Of a DNA stretch of 64,000 nt, positions 1 through 9,696 are shown piece after piece; position 1 is the first letter of the stretch; each line of letters opens with the position of its first letter. This DNA comes from an uncultured delta proteobacterium. GTDB taxonomy: Bacteria; Desulfobacterota; WTBG01; CAIYCZ01; CAIRTM01. The notes under the pieces are model-generated. The model did not search any database. It saw nothing but the letters and a program-made list of their open reading frames with translations, and was not told the DNA's origin. Location of the stretch: positions 1 to 64,000 of the forward strand of contig CAWDSQ010000011.1 in the NCBI GenBank assembly GCA_963804955.1, read 5' to 3'. A program made the position numbers and the translations under genes.

Positions 1-453
1 CCCGTGCTTTGTTATTGCCTGTGGCAACTGTTTTTGTTTTTTTACTGGGGTGTTTTTCCGGCTGCCGGCGGAGCGCACAACCTTGGCCTGCCCTTTGTCG
101 GGATATTTCGCTATGTTTTCGAACTGTTTCCGCCGGCTTCGGCTGTGGCAGGATTGTACTGTTTCGAGCTTATTTTTACCGGCTGCGGTCTAGTAGCCGC
201 AGCCATCGCCTTGCGGTCATCTGCTGCGGATCTGCATATTAAAATCAGCTGGCTGCTCTACAGCCTGCTGATTGTTCTGCTGACGCAGCTGATATGGTGC
301 GAAGATTGGGCATTTATGCGGGCATATACAGAATGCGGCATACTGAGTGCCATAATCGTGCTGGGCGCAAAAAGCCGATTGCTGCCGCCGCTTTTTGTAT
401 ATGAAGCTATTGTCTGGCTGGGGGTGTTTTCTATGCGAATTTTGTATGTGTAG
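1..453 (+). CDS. Integral membrane protein, 5'-truncated by the window edge (possibly GT-C-like)
   Basis: Several hydrophobic segments; ORF open from the window start. Confidence 0.55.
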   Translation, partial: PVLCYCLWQLFLFFYWGVFPAAGGAHNLGLPFVGIFRYVFELFPPASAVAGLYCFELIFTGCGLVAAAIALRSSAADLHIKISWLLYSLLIVLLTQLIWCEDWAFMRAYTECGILSAIIVLGAKSRLLPPLFVYEAIVWLGVFSMRILYV

Positions 454-531
454 CCTATTGTTTCAGGAAGGCTGGATCGTTTCTGTTCTTCCGTTATGGT
501 TTGCGGGCCGGATTGAGCCTGCGCCGGCATT

Positions 532-1449
532 TCAGCCGTTTCGGGTTTCAAGCCAGGCAGCCACTGCGGCAACCTTGGCGCGCAGGTTCAGGATAAAGGG
601 CTGTCGCTTCTGGATATGCGCGGGCTGGGCATCGTACTCTTCTGCGGTTATCCGCGCCACCACCTTCTCCTGATCGCCCTTAAGCATATTCAGATACTGT
701 GCAATCATATTTTTATAGGCTGTGGCCGCAGCTGCCGCTTCTGAAAGATAGCGCTGCACTTCATCGCCTGCAAGAATTCCGCTGTGAGGCATGCAGATTG
801 CCCGCGGCCGCAGGCTGCGGATTTTTTCTATGGATGCAAGATAGTCTTCATAGCTCACCAGATACGGGCTGTGTATAAAGCCATGCTCAAGCGCACCTGC
901 CGTATCACCGATGAAGGCGATACCCGTGTCCGGGAAGTAGTAGGTGAGGCTGTCGCGCGTATGGCCGGGCGTTTCAAGCACCCGGCAGACGCGGCCTGCG
1001 TCAAGCTCTATGCTATCGCCGTCTGCGAGCCTGAAGGTGACATCAAGAGCGGCAAACGATACATCCTCGCCGGCAAGCTCGGCCGCCATGCTTTTTTCAT
1101 ATTCGGCGTTCAAACGGCAGATAAGCTCAACGGCATTCGGACGCTTGAGAATTTCTGCGCCGCGGCTGCTTGCGGCAAGCCGAGCGGACGGAATTTTACG
1201 CATGAGATAGGCTGCGGCTCCACAGTGATCGAAATGGGCATGGGAGAGAGCGATAATAAGGTTGTCGGGGCTGCGGGTATGCGCCCGCAATTTTTCCACG
1301 CACAGGGGGCCGAAGGCTGAGACTCCCGGATCAAACAGTATAGGCGGGGAGCTTGCGCAGATGGCAGCCGTCACATGGCCGCCGCCCAGTGATATGAAAT
1401 CTTCATACTCGCGGCTAAACTCGAAATGCAGTTTTTTCTGGTCTATCAC
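532..1449 (-). CDS. MBL-fold metallo-hydrolase
   Basis: SHAHFDHCG (HxHxDH), TPGHT, GD and PHSG motifs. Confidence 0.9.
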   Translation of the reverse strand: MIDQKKLHFEFSREYEDFISLGGGHVTAAICASSPPILFDPGVSAFGPLCVEKLRAHTRSPDNLIIALSHAHFDHCGAAAYLMRKIPSARLAASSRGAEILKRPNAVELICRLNAEYEKSMAAELAGEDVSFAALDVTFRLADGDSIELDAGRVCRVLETPGHTRDSLTYYFPDTGIAFIGDTAGALEHGFIHSPYLVSYEDYLASIEKIRSLRPRAICMPHSGILAGDEVQRYLSEAAAAATAYKNMIAQYLNMLKGDQEKVVARITAEEYDAQPAHIQKRQPFILNLRAKVAAVAAWLETRNG

Positions 1450-1468
1450 ATATTTCTCCTCAGAGACG

Positions 1469-2155
1469 CTACTGCTTCAGAAGCTCTTCAATGTCAGTAT
1501 CAAAAAAGCCCCGCCACGTTTCAGGCGGCGGCGCTGTCCAGAACAGTGGTGTTTTCAGAACCGGGTGCTCAAGCCCGAGCCGGTAGCAGTGCAGCGCCAG
1601 ATTTCGTCCGTCAAACTCCCTGCGGCTGCTATAGCGAAGGTCTCCCACAATGGGCAACCCCCTGCTTGCCAGCTGCACGCGTATCTGATGGGGCCTGCCG
1701 GTCTTGAGGTCAATGTCAAGCAGGCTCAGCCCGCTGCTCTCGGCACGGGCCTGCCATGACAGCTCGGCATACAGGGCTTTCGGGAACTTGGGCCCGACAA
1801 TCCGCACTTTTTCATTTTCCTTCAGAAGATAATCCGTGCACACCCCCTGACCCTGGACGCTGCCCTGCACGATAGCGATATATTTTTTCAGCGGCGTGCT
1901 GTCGCGGAACTGCTCCGACAGCCTGCCTGCGGCCTTGGAGGTGCGGGCAAAGGCCATGACGCCCGACACGGGCCGGTCAAGCCGGTGCACCAGGCCGAGA
2001 TAGGCATCGCCGGGCTTGTCAAAGCGCTGCTTGATATAGTCTTTCAGAAGGCTCAGCAGGTCCGGGTCGCCGGTGCGGTCCTGCTGCACCGGCAGGCCCG
2101 CCGGCTTGCAGACAATAAGCAGGTGATTGTCGCAGAACAGAACCTCAGGTGTCAT
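1469..2155 (-). CDS. RluA-family RNA pseudouridine synthase
   Basis: KPAGL, HRLDRPVSG and TGRPHQIRVQL motifs. Confidence 0.93.
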   Translation of the reverse strand: MTPEVLFCDNHLLIVCKPAGLPVQQDRTGDPDLLSLLKDYIKQRFDKPGDAYLGLVHRLDRPVSGVMAFARTSKAAGRLSEQFRDSTPLKKYIAIVQGSVQGQGVCTDYLLKENEKVRIVGPKFPKALYAELSWQARAESSGLSLLDIDLKTGRPHQIRVQLASRGLPIVGDLRYSSRREFDGRNLALHCYRLGLEHPVLKTPLFWTAPPPETWRGFFDTDIEELLKQ

Positions 2156-2556
2156 GCCGGCGCCTGCGACTTTTTTGCTATGCGGGCATTGAATTTATCT
2201 GCCTTGATGATAAAGCGCTCGTGCAGCGCCTCGCCGATTTTTTCAATTTCATCCCATGCCTCGAGCCTGAAGGACAGCTTTGCGCCATCAACTGCCGTTA
2301 CCTCGGTGGCGACACGAACCTTCATCCCCAGGGGTGTTGCCGCCGAATGCTTGATGTCCATGGATATGCCAACGGACTGCTCTCCCGGCTCGAGATAGTC
2401 CTGCATGAGCTCTGCCGACACCCGCTCCATGAATCCGGCCAGAAACGGCGTGGCAAAAACATCCGGGAGATTTTGATAGAAGTATCGGGCGGTGTGCTCC
2501 GCTCCGGTCTCACAGGTTATTTCACGGGTTGCGCCGACAGCGATGGGTCTGCTCAT
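2152..2556 (-). CDS. FlK-like hot-dog thioesterase
   Basis: VFATPFLAGFME, SVG..HSAATPLG and GEALHERFII motifs; AAGGAG RBS before ATG 2556. Confidence 0.85.
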   Translation of the reverse strand: MSRPIAVGATREITCETGAEHTARYFYQNLPDVFATPFLAGFMERVSAELMQDYLEPGEQSVGISMDIKHSAATPLGMKVRVATEVTAVDGAKLSFRLEAWDEIEKIGEALHERFIIKADKFNARIAKKSQAPA

Positions 2557-2895
2557 GGACATGCTCCTTTTAAAAAATTCAGGTGAGTAGCCTTTTAAAC
2601 TGACAATTTTTAAACATAGCCAGGGGATATTTCCTAACAGCCTACAGTCCAATAGCCTAAGTATTAACAGCCGTAAAAGTGTAATCGTATGCCCGCCTCT
2701 TGTCAAGAACGAGCATGCTGCAGAGCAGGGACGCTTGCATTTGGTTTGAATTTTTGGCTGAAGTAGTGTATCTCTATAATGCGGGAGAAATGCCTTTTAC
2801 AAGCGGCCATGCCGTCCGGCGGCAGTACTGCATAAGAGGGCATATAAATAAGGTAATTAACAAAAATCATACAGTTCGGATGCATCGGTTGTGAC

Positions 2896-4554
2896 ATGAT
2901 TCTGGCTGATATAAAAAATTCTACTCTATCAAAGCGCAAGCTTTTTCAGATCGAGCGCGCCGTTGAGCGCGAGGTAGTTGACCTGTGGTGCAAGGAAAAG
3001 TCATATTTCGTCGATAATTTTGCCGAGGCAGTTGACATCGACTTTAAGGGCAAGCATATCGAGATTTCTTTCACGAATGCCATGCCCATGAAATACGGCT
3101 CGCCTGAGGCGACCGTCAACGATATGATGCGCGGCCTTATTCTCACCATGGCAACCGATCAGAGCAGCGGGCTTCTGCTGAAAAACCATGAGGCTATCAT
3201 CGGCAATATCCTTGATGTGTTCGTGCATCGCCTCAAGGAGCTGGGGGAGCGCAAGTTCATTTTTCAGCGGCTGCAGAGCTTAGAGCTCGGATTTTCCATC
3301 GCTTTCGGCCTGGATAAAGAGTTTTATGCAATCAAGCGGGCCCGCAGGCATCTGGAAGAGGTTCTGCATATGGCAAGCCTTTCAAATGCCGGTGAGACGG
3401 CCAGTTCTCTTATTCATGACATGCTGGAAAGCGAAACGCTCGCGGCAGCCGAACACGGGGTCACCTTCCATATTTTTATGACCAGGCCCGATGTGGCCAG
3501 TTTTTTGAGCCTGCCGTTCGGGGCTGAGCAGACAAGCTATGTGGCTCTGCTCGGAACCCATACGCTGCGGTGCAATATTCTGGCGAGGGTTGATGGAGCG
3601 TCGCTGATCAGGGAAGGCATCATGAAGATCGATGCGCCGTCAAATCCCATGAACTTCATCAAGCAGAAGGGGCTGAGCCTTGCTATAGACCGCACTGCTC
3701 TCATGGACAAAATGTGCGCCACCTGCATGTTTTCGCTGCAGGACTTTACACCCGATGAGCTGACTTTCCTGAAGCTGCTGTTCAATGAATACGTGCAGCT
3801 TGCCTGGTTTCTGCTCTCAAGCGGCAGAATTGATCCCGCTCTTCGCATCCTCATCATTTTCCCCCGGATCAATTTTTTTAAGATTCTGAACGAGGAAAAT
3901 CCTGCTATTCCGCCCGACGAGCCGCAGACGCTCAGGGATATCGGCATGCTGCACGACAGGCTTTTCACCCTGCCGGCTCATGAAGCCGTAAAGCAGAAAA
4001 TTTCAAAACGCATTCCCGAGCGCGTCATTCAGGACAAAATATCCGAAGCGCTCCAGCTGTTTGCACGCAATGTGCTTCAAAATATCTATAACCCGCTCAC
4101 CGGCATCCGCCGCGCCATGCTGTATTATGCGCAGAAAGGGTACAGCGACAGTCAGCAGCTTGCGTCCATTAAAAGCAGCATTGACTGCGTGTCGGCATAT
4201 TTGAAAAAGCTGCAGCGGATGCAGCGTTTTGTGATCGACCCGGTGACCGGCATGTTCGATCTGGAGGCCTCGACTATCGATAGTACCGCACCGAGCCCGT
4301 CCAATGCCCTTGAGGAAATCGTGCAGAATATTCAGACCGCCGAGGTTGACCAGACACGGGAAGTAATCGTTACCAAAATGCTTGACTATCTTTCTTTTAT
4401 AACGGTTCGGCTTGAGCAGACTGAGCGGGTTTCATCGAAGTATATTAAACAGGAAGTGGTTAAAGAGATGGAGATTTATACGCTGTCCATTCTCCGCCAG
4501 GCAAAATCATTTTACCGCCTCATCATGGGTAAACAGGATCGTAAGTACCGCTGA
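2896..4554 (+). CDS. Hypothetical 552-aa protein with a degenerate HisKA-like segment
   Basis: Long intact ORF; LQNIYNPLTGI resembles the H-box HEINNPLTGI without His. Confidence 0.7.
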   Translation: MILADIKNSTLSKRKLFQIERAVEREVVDLWCKEKSYFVDNFAEAVDIDFKGKHIEISFTNAMPMKYGSPEATVNDMMRGLILTMATDQSSGLLLKNHEAIIGNILDVFVHRLKELGERKFIFQRLQSLELGFSIAFGLDKEFYAIKRARRHLEEVLHMASLSNAGETASSLIHDMLESETLAAAEHGVTFHIFMTRPDVASFLSLPFGAEQTSYVALLGTHTLRCNILARVDGASLIREGIMKIDAPSNPMNFIKQKGLSLAIDRTALMDKMCATCMFSLQDFTPDELTFLKLLFNEYVQLAWFLLSSGRIDPALRILIIFPRINFFKILNEENPAIPPDEPQTLRDIGMLHDRLFTLPAHEAVKQKISKRIPERVIQDKISEALQLFARNVLQNIYNPLTGIRRAMLYYAQKGYSDSQQLASIKSSIDCVSAYLKKLQRMQRFVIDPVTGMFDLEASTIDSTAPSPSNALEEIVQNIQTAEVDQTREVIVTKMLDYLSFITVRLEQTERVSSKYIKQEVVKEMEIYTLSILRQAKSFYRLIMGKQDRKYR

Positions 4555-4590
4555 TAGCCTGCTTGCCGCTCACACATCTAGCATGCTGTA

Positions 4591-4715
4591 CAGGCTGTTC
4601 AAAAATGCTCAGATGCAAGGCGCGCGAAATCATGCGACATGAGGCGTACTTTTTCGTACGTCGCAATGAAGTATGATGAGCGCAACGCGGCAGATGGGCG
4701 TTTTTCAACAGCCTG
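4591..4715. mobile_element. MITE family B, copy 1
   Basis: TIRs CAGGCTGTTCAAAAA...TTTTTCAACAGCCTG; near-identical copies at 21910 and 35576; CTAG adjacent. Confidence 0.8.
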
Positions 4716-4730
4716 CTAGAGAGGGTCTGT

Positions 4731-5131
4731 ATGTTTTCTGAAGATATGCCTAAAATTGTGGCCGGATATTTTGAACTGCTTGACACCGTTGAGCTGCACT
4801 TTAAAGATGCCTATGCCACGGAGCGGCTAAGCCGGCAGGGCGAGCTTGCCCTTGTATTCAAAAATGCAGCCGGCGGCAGCCTTCTCTATGTGGGTGTGCG
4901 CTGGGATTTGTGGAGCCGCATGCACCTGCCCATGTGGCTGGGGGTGCGGCCCGACTGGGGGCAGGCCGCTGCCGATGCGTTTGCCGTGCGCAACCAGGGC
5001 AGGTGCTTTATGCACGACGGCTACAGCCTGTGCCCGGCTGAGCCGGCCATTGCCGCGGGCACGGACATGCGGCAGCGCTGATCGCGCTTGTCCAAGCCGA
5101 GCTTGAAGCGATACAGGGTAATGATAAATAA
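4731..5131 (+). CDS. Hypothetical protein (probable frameshift near 5070)
   Basis: 116-aa ORF that continues in another frame as ALIALVQAELEAIQGNDK*. Confidence 0.55.
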
Positions 5132-5146
5132 AAATTTTTGTGCTTT

Positions 5147-5287
5147 GTGTCTGAACGAAAACGCTGTTTTTATATCCATGTCATCTCGACCGAAGGGAGA
5201 GATCTTTGCATGTGCTAAAGATTTCTCAGTCGCTTCGCTCCTTCGAAATGACAGTTTTCGCTGACAGAGGGGTTTTCGTTCAGACAC
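5147..5287. repeat. TIR shell (GTGTCTGAACGAAAAC) enclosing REP-like palindrome A (5179-5253)
   Basis: 16-bp perfect inverted repeat at 5147-5162 / 5272-5287; inner TGTCATCTCGACCGAAGGGAGAGATC...TTCGAAATGACA. Confidence 0.75.
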
Positions 5288-5355
5288 TACTTAAGAAGAA
5301 GTGCATGCATAAGGGCAAACCAGCAAATCCTGCTTAACCAAGGTCCAATAAAATT

Positions 5356-5817
5356 ATGGCAGAAACGCAGAAGCTCATCGCGCAGAACAAAAAAGCGCGC
5401 CATGATTATGAAGTGATCGAGACCATTGAAACGGGCATCGCGCTGTTGGGCAGTGAAGTCAAATCATGCCGGCACGGGGGCGTGAACCTGAAGGACAGCT
5501 ATGCACGCTTCGACGGCGGCGAAATTTACCTGCTCGAGACGCATATCAGCCCCTACAGCCATGCCAACCGGTTGAACCACGAGCCCCTGCGCAAACGCAA
5601 GCTCCTGCTGCACCGGGGCGAGATAAAAAAGCTGTACGGAAAAATACGGGAAAAGGGCCAGTCATTCGTGCCCCTGCGCATGTATTTCAACCAGCGCGGC
5701 AAGGTGAAGGTCGAGATGGCGCTGGTGCACGGCAAAAAGCACCACGACCGCCGCGAGGACATCAAGAAGCGCGATATGCGGCGCGAAACCGAGCAGGCCT
5801 TGAAGCAGCGGCGGTAG
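5356..5817 (+). CDS. smpB: SsrA-binding protein SmpB
   Basis: IAQNKKARHDY, GIALLGSEVKS, RKLLLHRGEI and GKK.HD.R motifs. Confidence 0.97.
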   Translation: MAETQKLIAQNKKARHDYEVIETIETGIALLGSEVKSCRHGGVNLKDSYARFDGGEIYLLETHISPYSHANRLNHEPLRKRKLLLHRGEIKKLYGKIREKGQSFVPLRMYFNQRGKVKVEMALVHGKKHHDRREDIKKRDMRRETEQALKQRR

Positions 5818-5882
5818 CCATGCAGCATCACCGCGCAGTTGAAGGTTCGGATTAAGTTGAAAGACTTTGTCCGCCGAATTAA

Positions 5883-5930
5883 ACAATCAAAAGGGTGGTA
5901 CACGCGAAGCGTGGCCACCCTTTTGATTGT
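5883..5930. terminator. Hairpin downstream of smpB
   Basis: ACAATCAAAAGGGTGG...CCACCCTTTTGATTGT inverted repeat. Confidence 0.55.
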
Positions 5931-6089
5931 GATAGATTAAAGATTTCTTCCGATACTATGGAATATTCAAGGAATGGTCCGCAGTCCATAGAGAGCCGTA
6001 GTGTGGAGTTTAGGGCAGGCAGGCAAGGGCACAAGATGTTGTGATTTGACTTCAGAGCCAGGCGTCTCGCCCTTCCCCCTTGGACGTCT

Positions 6090-6128
6090 ATGAGTACAAG
6101 TACTCATGGCCACTGAGTATTTTTACTG
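6090..6128. promoter_or_regulatory. Palindromic operator-like site upstream of the LRR gene
   Basis: ATGAGTAC-AA-GTACTCAT, followed by the degenerate copy CTGAGTATTTTTACTG. Confidence 0.45.
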
Positions 6129-6207
6129 TATTTCTTTTAATATAATAACTTGCTATTATACAATTTATAAAAACCGGCATCCAAAAATTCTTTAGAGGAG
6201 GGGTTCT

Positions 6208-9200
6208 ATGGATTTCAGGAAATCGCTGTTTATTTTTTCCCTTATTAGTTGTGTGTTTCTGCCTTCTTCCGCCCTTGCGCTGCAGTGGGGGGATTTCATC
6301 CTACGAGGTATCTGCCAGCGACAATGTCACCATCACCGGCTATGCCGGGTCGGGCGGCCCTATTTTGTGAATTTTCCCGATACAATAGACGGCAAACCGG
6401 TTGTCTGCATTGGGGCAAACATAGCGACTGGCGCCTGCCTACGGCCAGCTTGGAGTCTATTGTTGACACCACCCGATACGATCCGACAATAAACACCCAT
6501 ATTTCCCCCCCATCCCCTGTCATACAGTTACTGGTCGTCTACTACTGTTTCGGACAATTCAAGCAGGACCTGGGCCCTTTCCTTCTATGACGGCTTTCTG
6601 TACAACAGCCGTAAGAGCAACAGCTTACATGTTCGCGCGATGCGCCGATGCGGCGTTTCGTTATGTGGCTCTTTGGCCCGTTTTGGTTGCGGCCAAATAA
6701 CCAGCGTCCGTCACCATTCCTGACAGCGTACTTACGAGCATGGAAGAAACGCATTTTTCACCCCGGCATATACCAAGCTTGCTGAAGGCTGCATACCCCT
6801 GCCCGACACTGCCGCAACCTGCAGGTTGCATGAGTATGACCAGTTGTAAGTATTGGAAGCGGTGTTACGAGTATTGGGGACCTCAATGTTGCAGACGGTA
6901 CCTAACCGAGTATGATAACAATTCCGAAACCGATGGCGGCTATGAAGGCTTGCGGGCGCAGTACGCGATTTTTGGATTTTATCCGGGCCATGAGCACCGC
7001 ACACTACGGGGGTGTCAGATTGGCGCATGCCAACGGTTCACGAGCTGCATTCAATTGTTGATTATGGTTTAACCAGTATATGACTATTCCGGATAGCGTG
7101 ACGTAGCATTGGGCACCACGCATTTTACACTATTACGGTAGGGCTAGTGTGAAGCCTCCTATGGGCAACGTGTACTACAATTATTAGTCTGAAGACGTTT
7201 ATTTTCGAGCAGTGGTTCGCGTGTGGTGCTTTTCCCCTCGACAAGCGTTACGACCGGAGATGCAACGCAACGTCTGTAACTGCAGCGGCACATCAACAAG
7301 TATCGGCGGTGATATCCGACCAGCGCTACGAGCATTGGACCATGATCGACCACAACAACTACAGCTAGCCCATGTCCGGCTAAAAGGTGTTGTGGGTGCA
7401 CCGGTTTGACCAGTGCGTTAATTCCTGACAGCGTTACGAGCCATTGGTCAGATTGCGTTTTTTCAGTTGTACCGGTATGACTGCGTTGTTATCCCAAGCA
7501 GCGTTACGAGCATTGGGAGACAGGCGTTCTCCAGCTGCACCGGTTGGACCAGCATAAAGTTGATGTAAGCAACGCTGCCTATAGTAGTCCGCAAGATGGT
7601 ATTCTTTACGTAGTCCAAAGCAAAGACAACGCTTGTTGCAATATCCTGCCGGAAAAAAAGATTTGGAGTTTTGATTTGACCAGGACGAGCCGTAATGTGG
7701 AGTTTTGCATGTCGGCAGGGGCACCATGCCTGATAATGTTACTCACATTGGATTTGCGGCTTTTAACTTTTTGCACAGGTTGGACTTGGTTCCCGGAACG
7801 TAACCATACCCGACAGTGTTACGCACATTGGGGATGGTCGCTTTTTCTGATTGCAACGGGATTAGGCCACCGAAAAAATATTGCACATCCTTACGGCTGA
7901 AGGTGATCATCTTTACGCCTTTTTTCTCCAAAGGATGCGATCGGGATAGATCCGGGACCTTTGCGATTTAGCGGAGCTCCGGGCTGACCAGCGTGACTAT
8001 CCCCAAGAGCAGCGTGTACGAGCATTGGGAGTGGTGCATTTGGCAGATGCACTGCATTGACCACTCTCGCGAGTTGGTCCGGTAGCATCAGCGATTATTG
8101 AGAGTGCTACAGTTGCTCCGGTTGCACCGGCTTGAACCAGTGCGACCATCCCAGCTGGTGTTATAAGAATCGGTTCCTAGTCATGTAATAATCTTAGTCT
8201 GGAGAAAATTGAGGTGCATTTGCAGGGTGTACCGGTTTGACCAGTATAACCATACCAAGCAGTGTTACGAGCATGGGTTTTATGCATTTGAAGATTGCAC
8301 CGGTTTAAAAAACGTGACTATTCCGAGCAGTATTGAGAGCATTGAGGATGCTGCATTTGCTGGTCTGCGCTGCTTTAACTGCTGTCATATTTCCTTATGG
8401 GAACGCACCCGTTATGGGGAATGACGTTTTCGCTGACTGCGCGTGAGATGGGCTTTACCGTTTACTGTACTGCCTGCAACACGGGTTTTACAAATCCGTG
8501 GTATGGGTGTTCGGAATTTCATATCAACGCTATCAATTATTGAGTGCTTTGATGCCGCCATCGTCACTTTTTTTAATAAACTCAACAGTTTTTTCGGCAG
8601 CTACCTTGACCCGTCAATTAATGAATTTTTTGACCAGGTGCAGGATGAGGACCTTCGCAACTCATTTAACGGCTGTCTGGCAATTATCCCCACCTTGGGA
8701 AGGTCGGAAATCGTCAGTTCTTTTTTTGATTTTGTGGCACTTTTTGACTGGTTTACTGAAGACATAATCACCGAATATGCTCACCTGTTAAAAGTAAAAA
8801 GCTTTGATACGGTAAAAATTACTGAAAAAACCTCCGGTTGCGATGCTTCACAGTATCTGTCGTTCCGCACCGGCGATGAAGATTCCCATCCTACGGCGGT
8901 GTTTATCCGATCTGTATATCAAAAACACAAGTCCGAATACAATCTGGCTTGCGAGTTACATAGAAGATGAAAAAAAATGGTCATGTGCCGTCGGGTATTT
9001 GGCGAAGAGGTGCCCGGCAAAATGTTCTCGGCGATGACAATACGAATCTTGAACGACTGCGCACAGTTCAGAGACAACACCCTTGCCCAAAGTACTATGG
9101 GACGCAAAGCCATTCAAATTTATTACGAACAATGCCGGACAGTAGGTAAGCATGCCGGCCTTAGAGCGTTAGCAAAGAACCAAATAGTAAGAAAAAAAGC

Positions 9201-9305
9201 ATGCATTCTGATTTAAACGCTTTAAGGGCCGTTGCCCGAAGGGTTCTTGAAGTGATTGCGCCGATGGTGAGCAGGGAAAAAGCAGTAACTCTGCTGGATA
9301 AATAG
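6208..9305 (+). pseudogene. Large secreted BspA-type leucine-rich-repeat surface protein with a CFI-box-CTERM-like C-terminus; heavily frameshifted or garbled
   Basis: GGAGG RBS and signal peptide (ALA-LQWGDF); fragments FPDTIDGKPVV, IPDSVTS(IG), AFEDCTGLKNVTIPSSIESIEDAAF, VDVSNAAYSS..DGILY, YGNAPVMGNDVFADC; C-terminal FRDNTLAQSTMGRKAIQIYY...ALRAVARRVLEVIAPMV. Confidence 0.75.
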
Positions 9306-9696
9306 CAGATCAAGGCAGTGCAAAGGGCCTGCGCATACGGGAAATACCGGTGCGCTACCGGCCCAGAATCGGCACGTCAAAAGTTTCCGGAACGCTTTCA
9401 GGAAGCATCAAAGCGGGCTGCAAAATTCTCTATACTATCGGAAAATACGCCCACACCAAAATCCTCTGAGAAATACTAGTGAGCCTCACTTTATTCGCAA
9501 GTAACGAAAAGGTTTAACTATATAAAATAATGGCGCCGCTTTCTAGATATGGTGGTTAGGACCTTTCTTGAAAAAGTCAACACTACGTGTCATAATCAAG
9601 ACATGCGGTCAGGACAAATTTATTACATATTTGCACTGGTAATATGTAATTGTCCGATCAAGTTGGCAGGGTTTTGATCCGTTGGTCTGAAACGCT

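Noticed and set aside
5818..6200. tmRNA (ssrA) next to smpB
   Set aside because: No tRNA-like GGGG 5' end or TTCGA...CCACCA 3' end found; only a hairpin
6400..8400. CRISPR-like array
   Set aside because: The recurring motifs (CCGGTTTGACCAG, GTTACGAGCATTGG) translate as LRR units and there are no cas genes
9095..9115. GGGACGCAAAGCC resembling a c-di-GMP-I riboswitch core
   Set aside because: Lies in coding sequence (MGRKA) and lacks the upstream GGCAAAC/GAAA P2 elements
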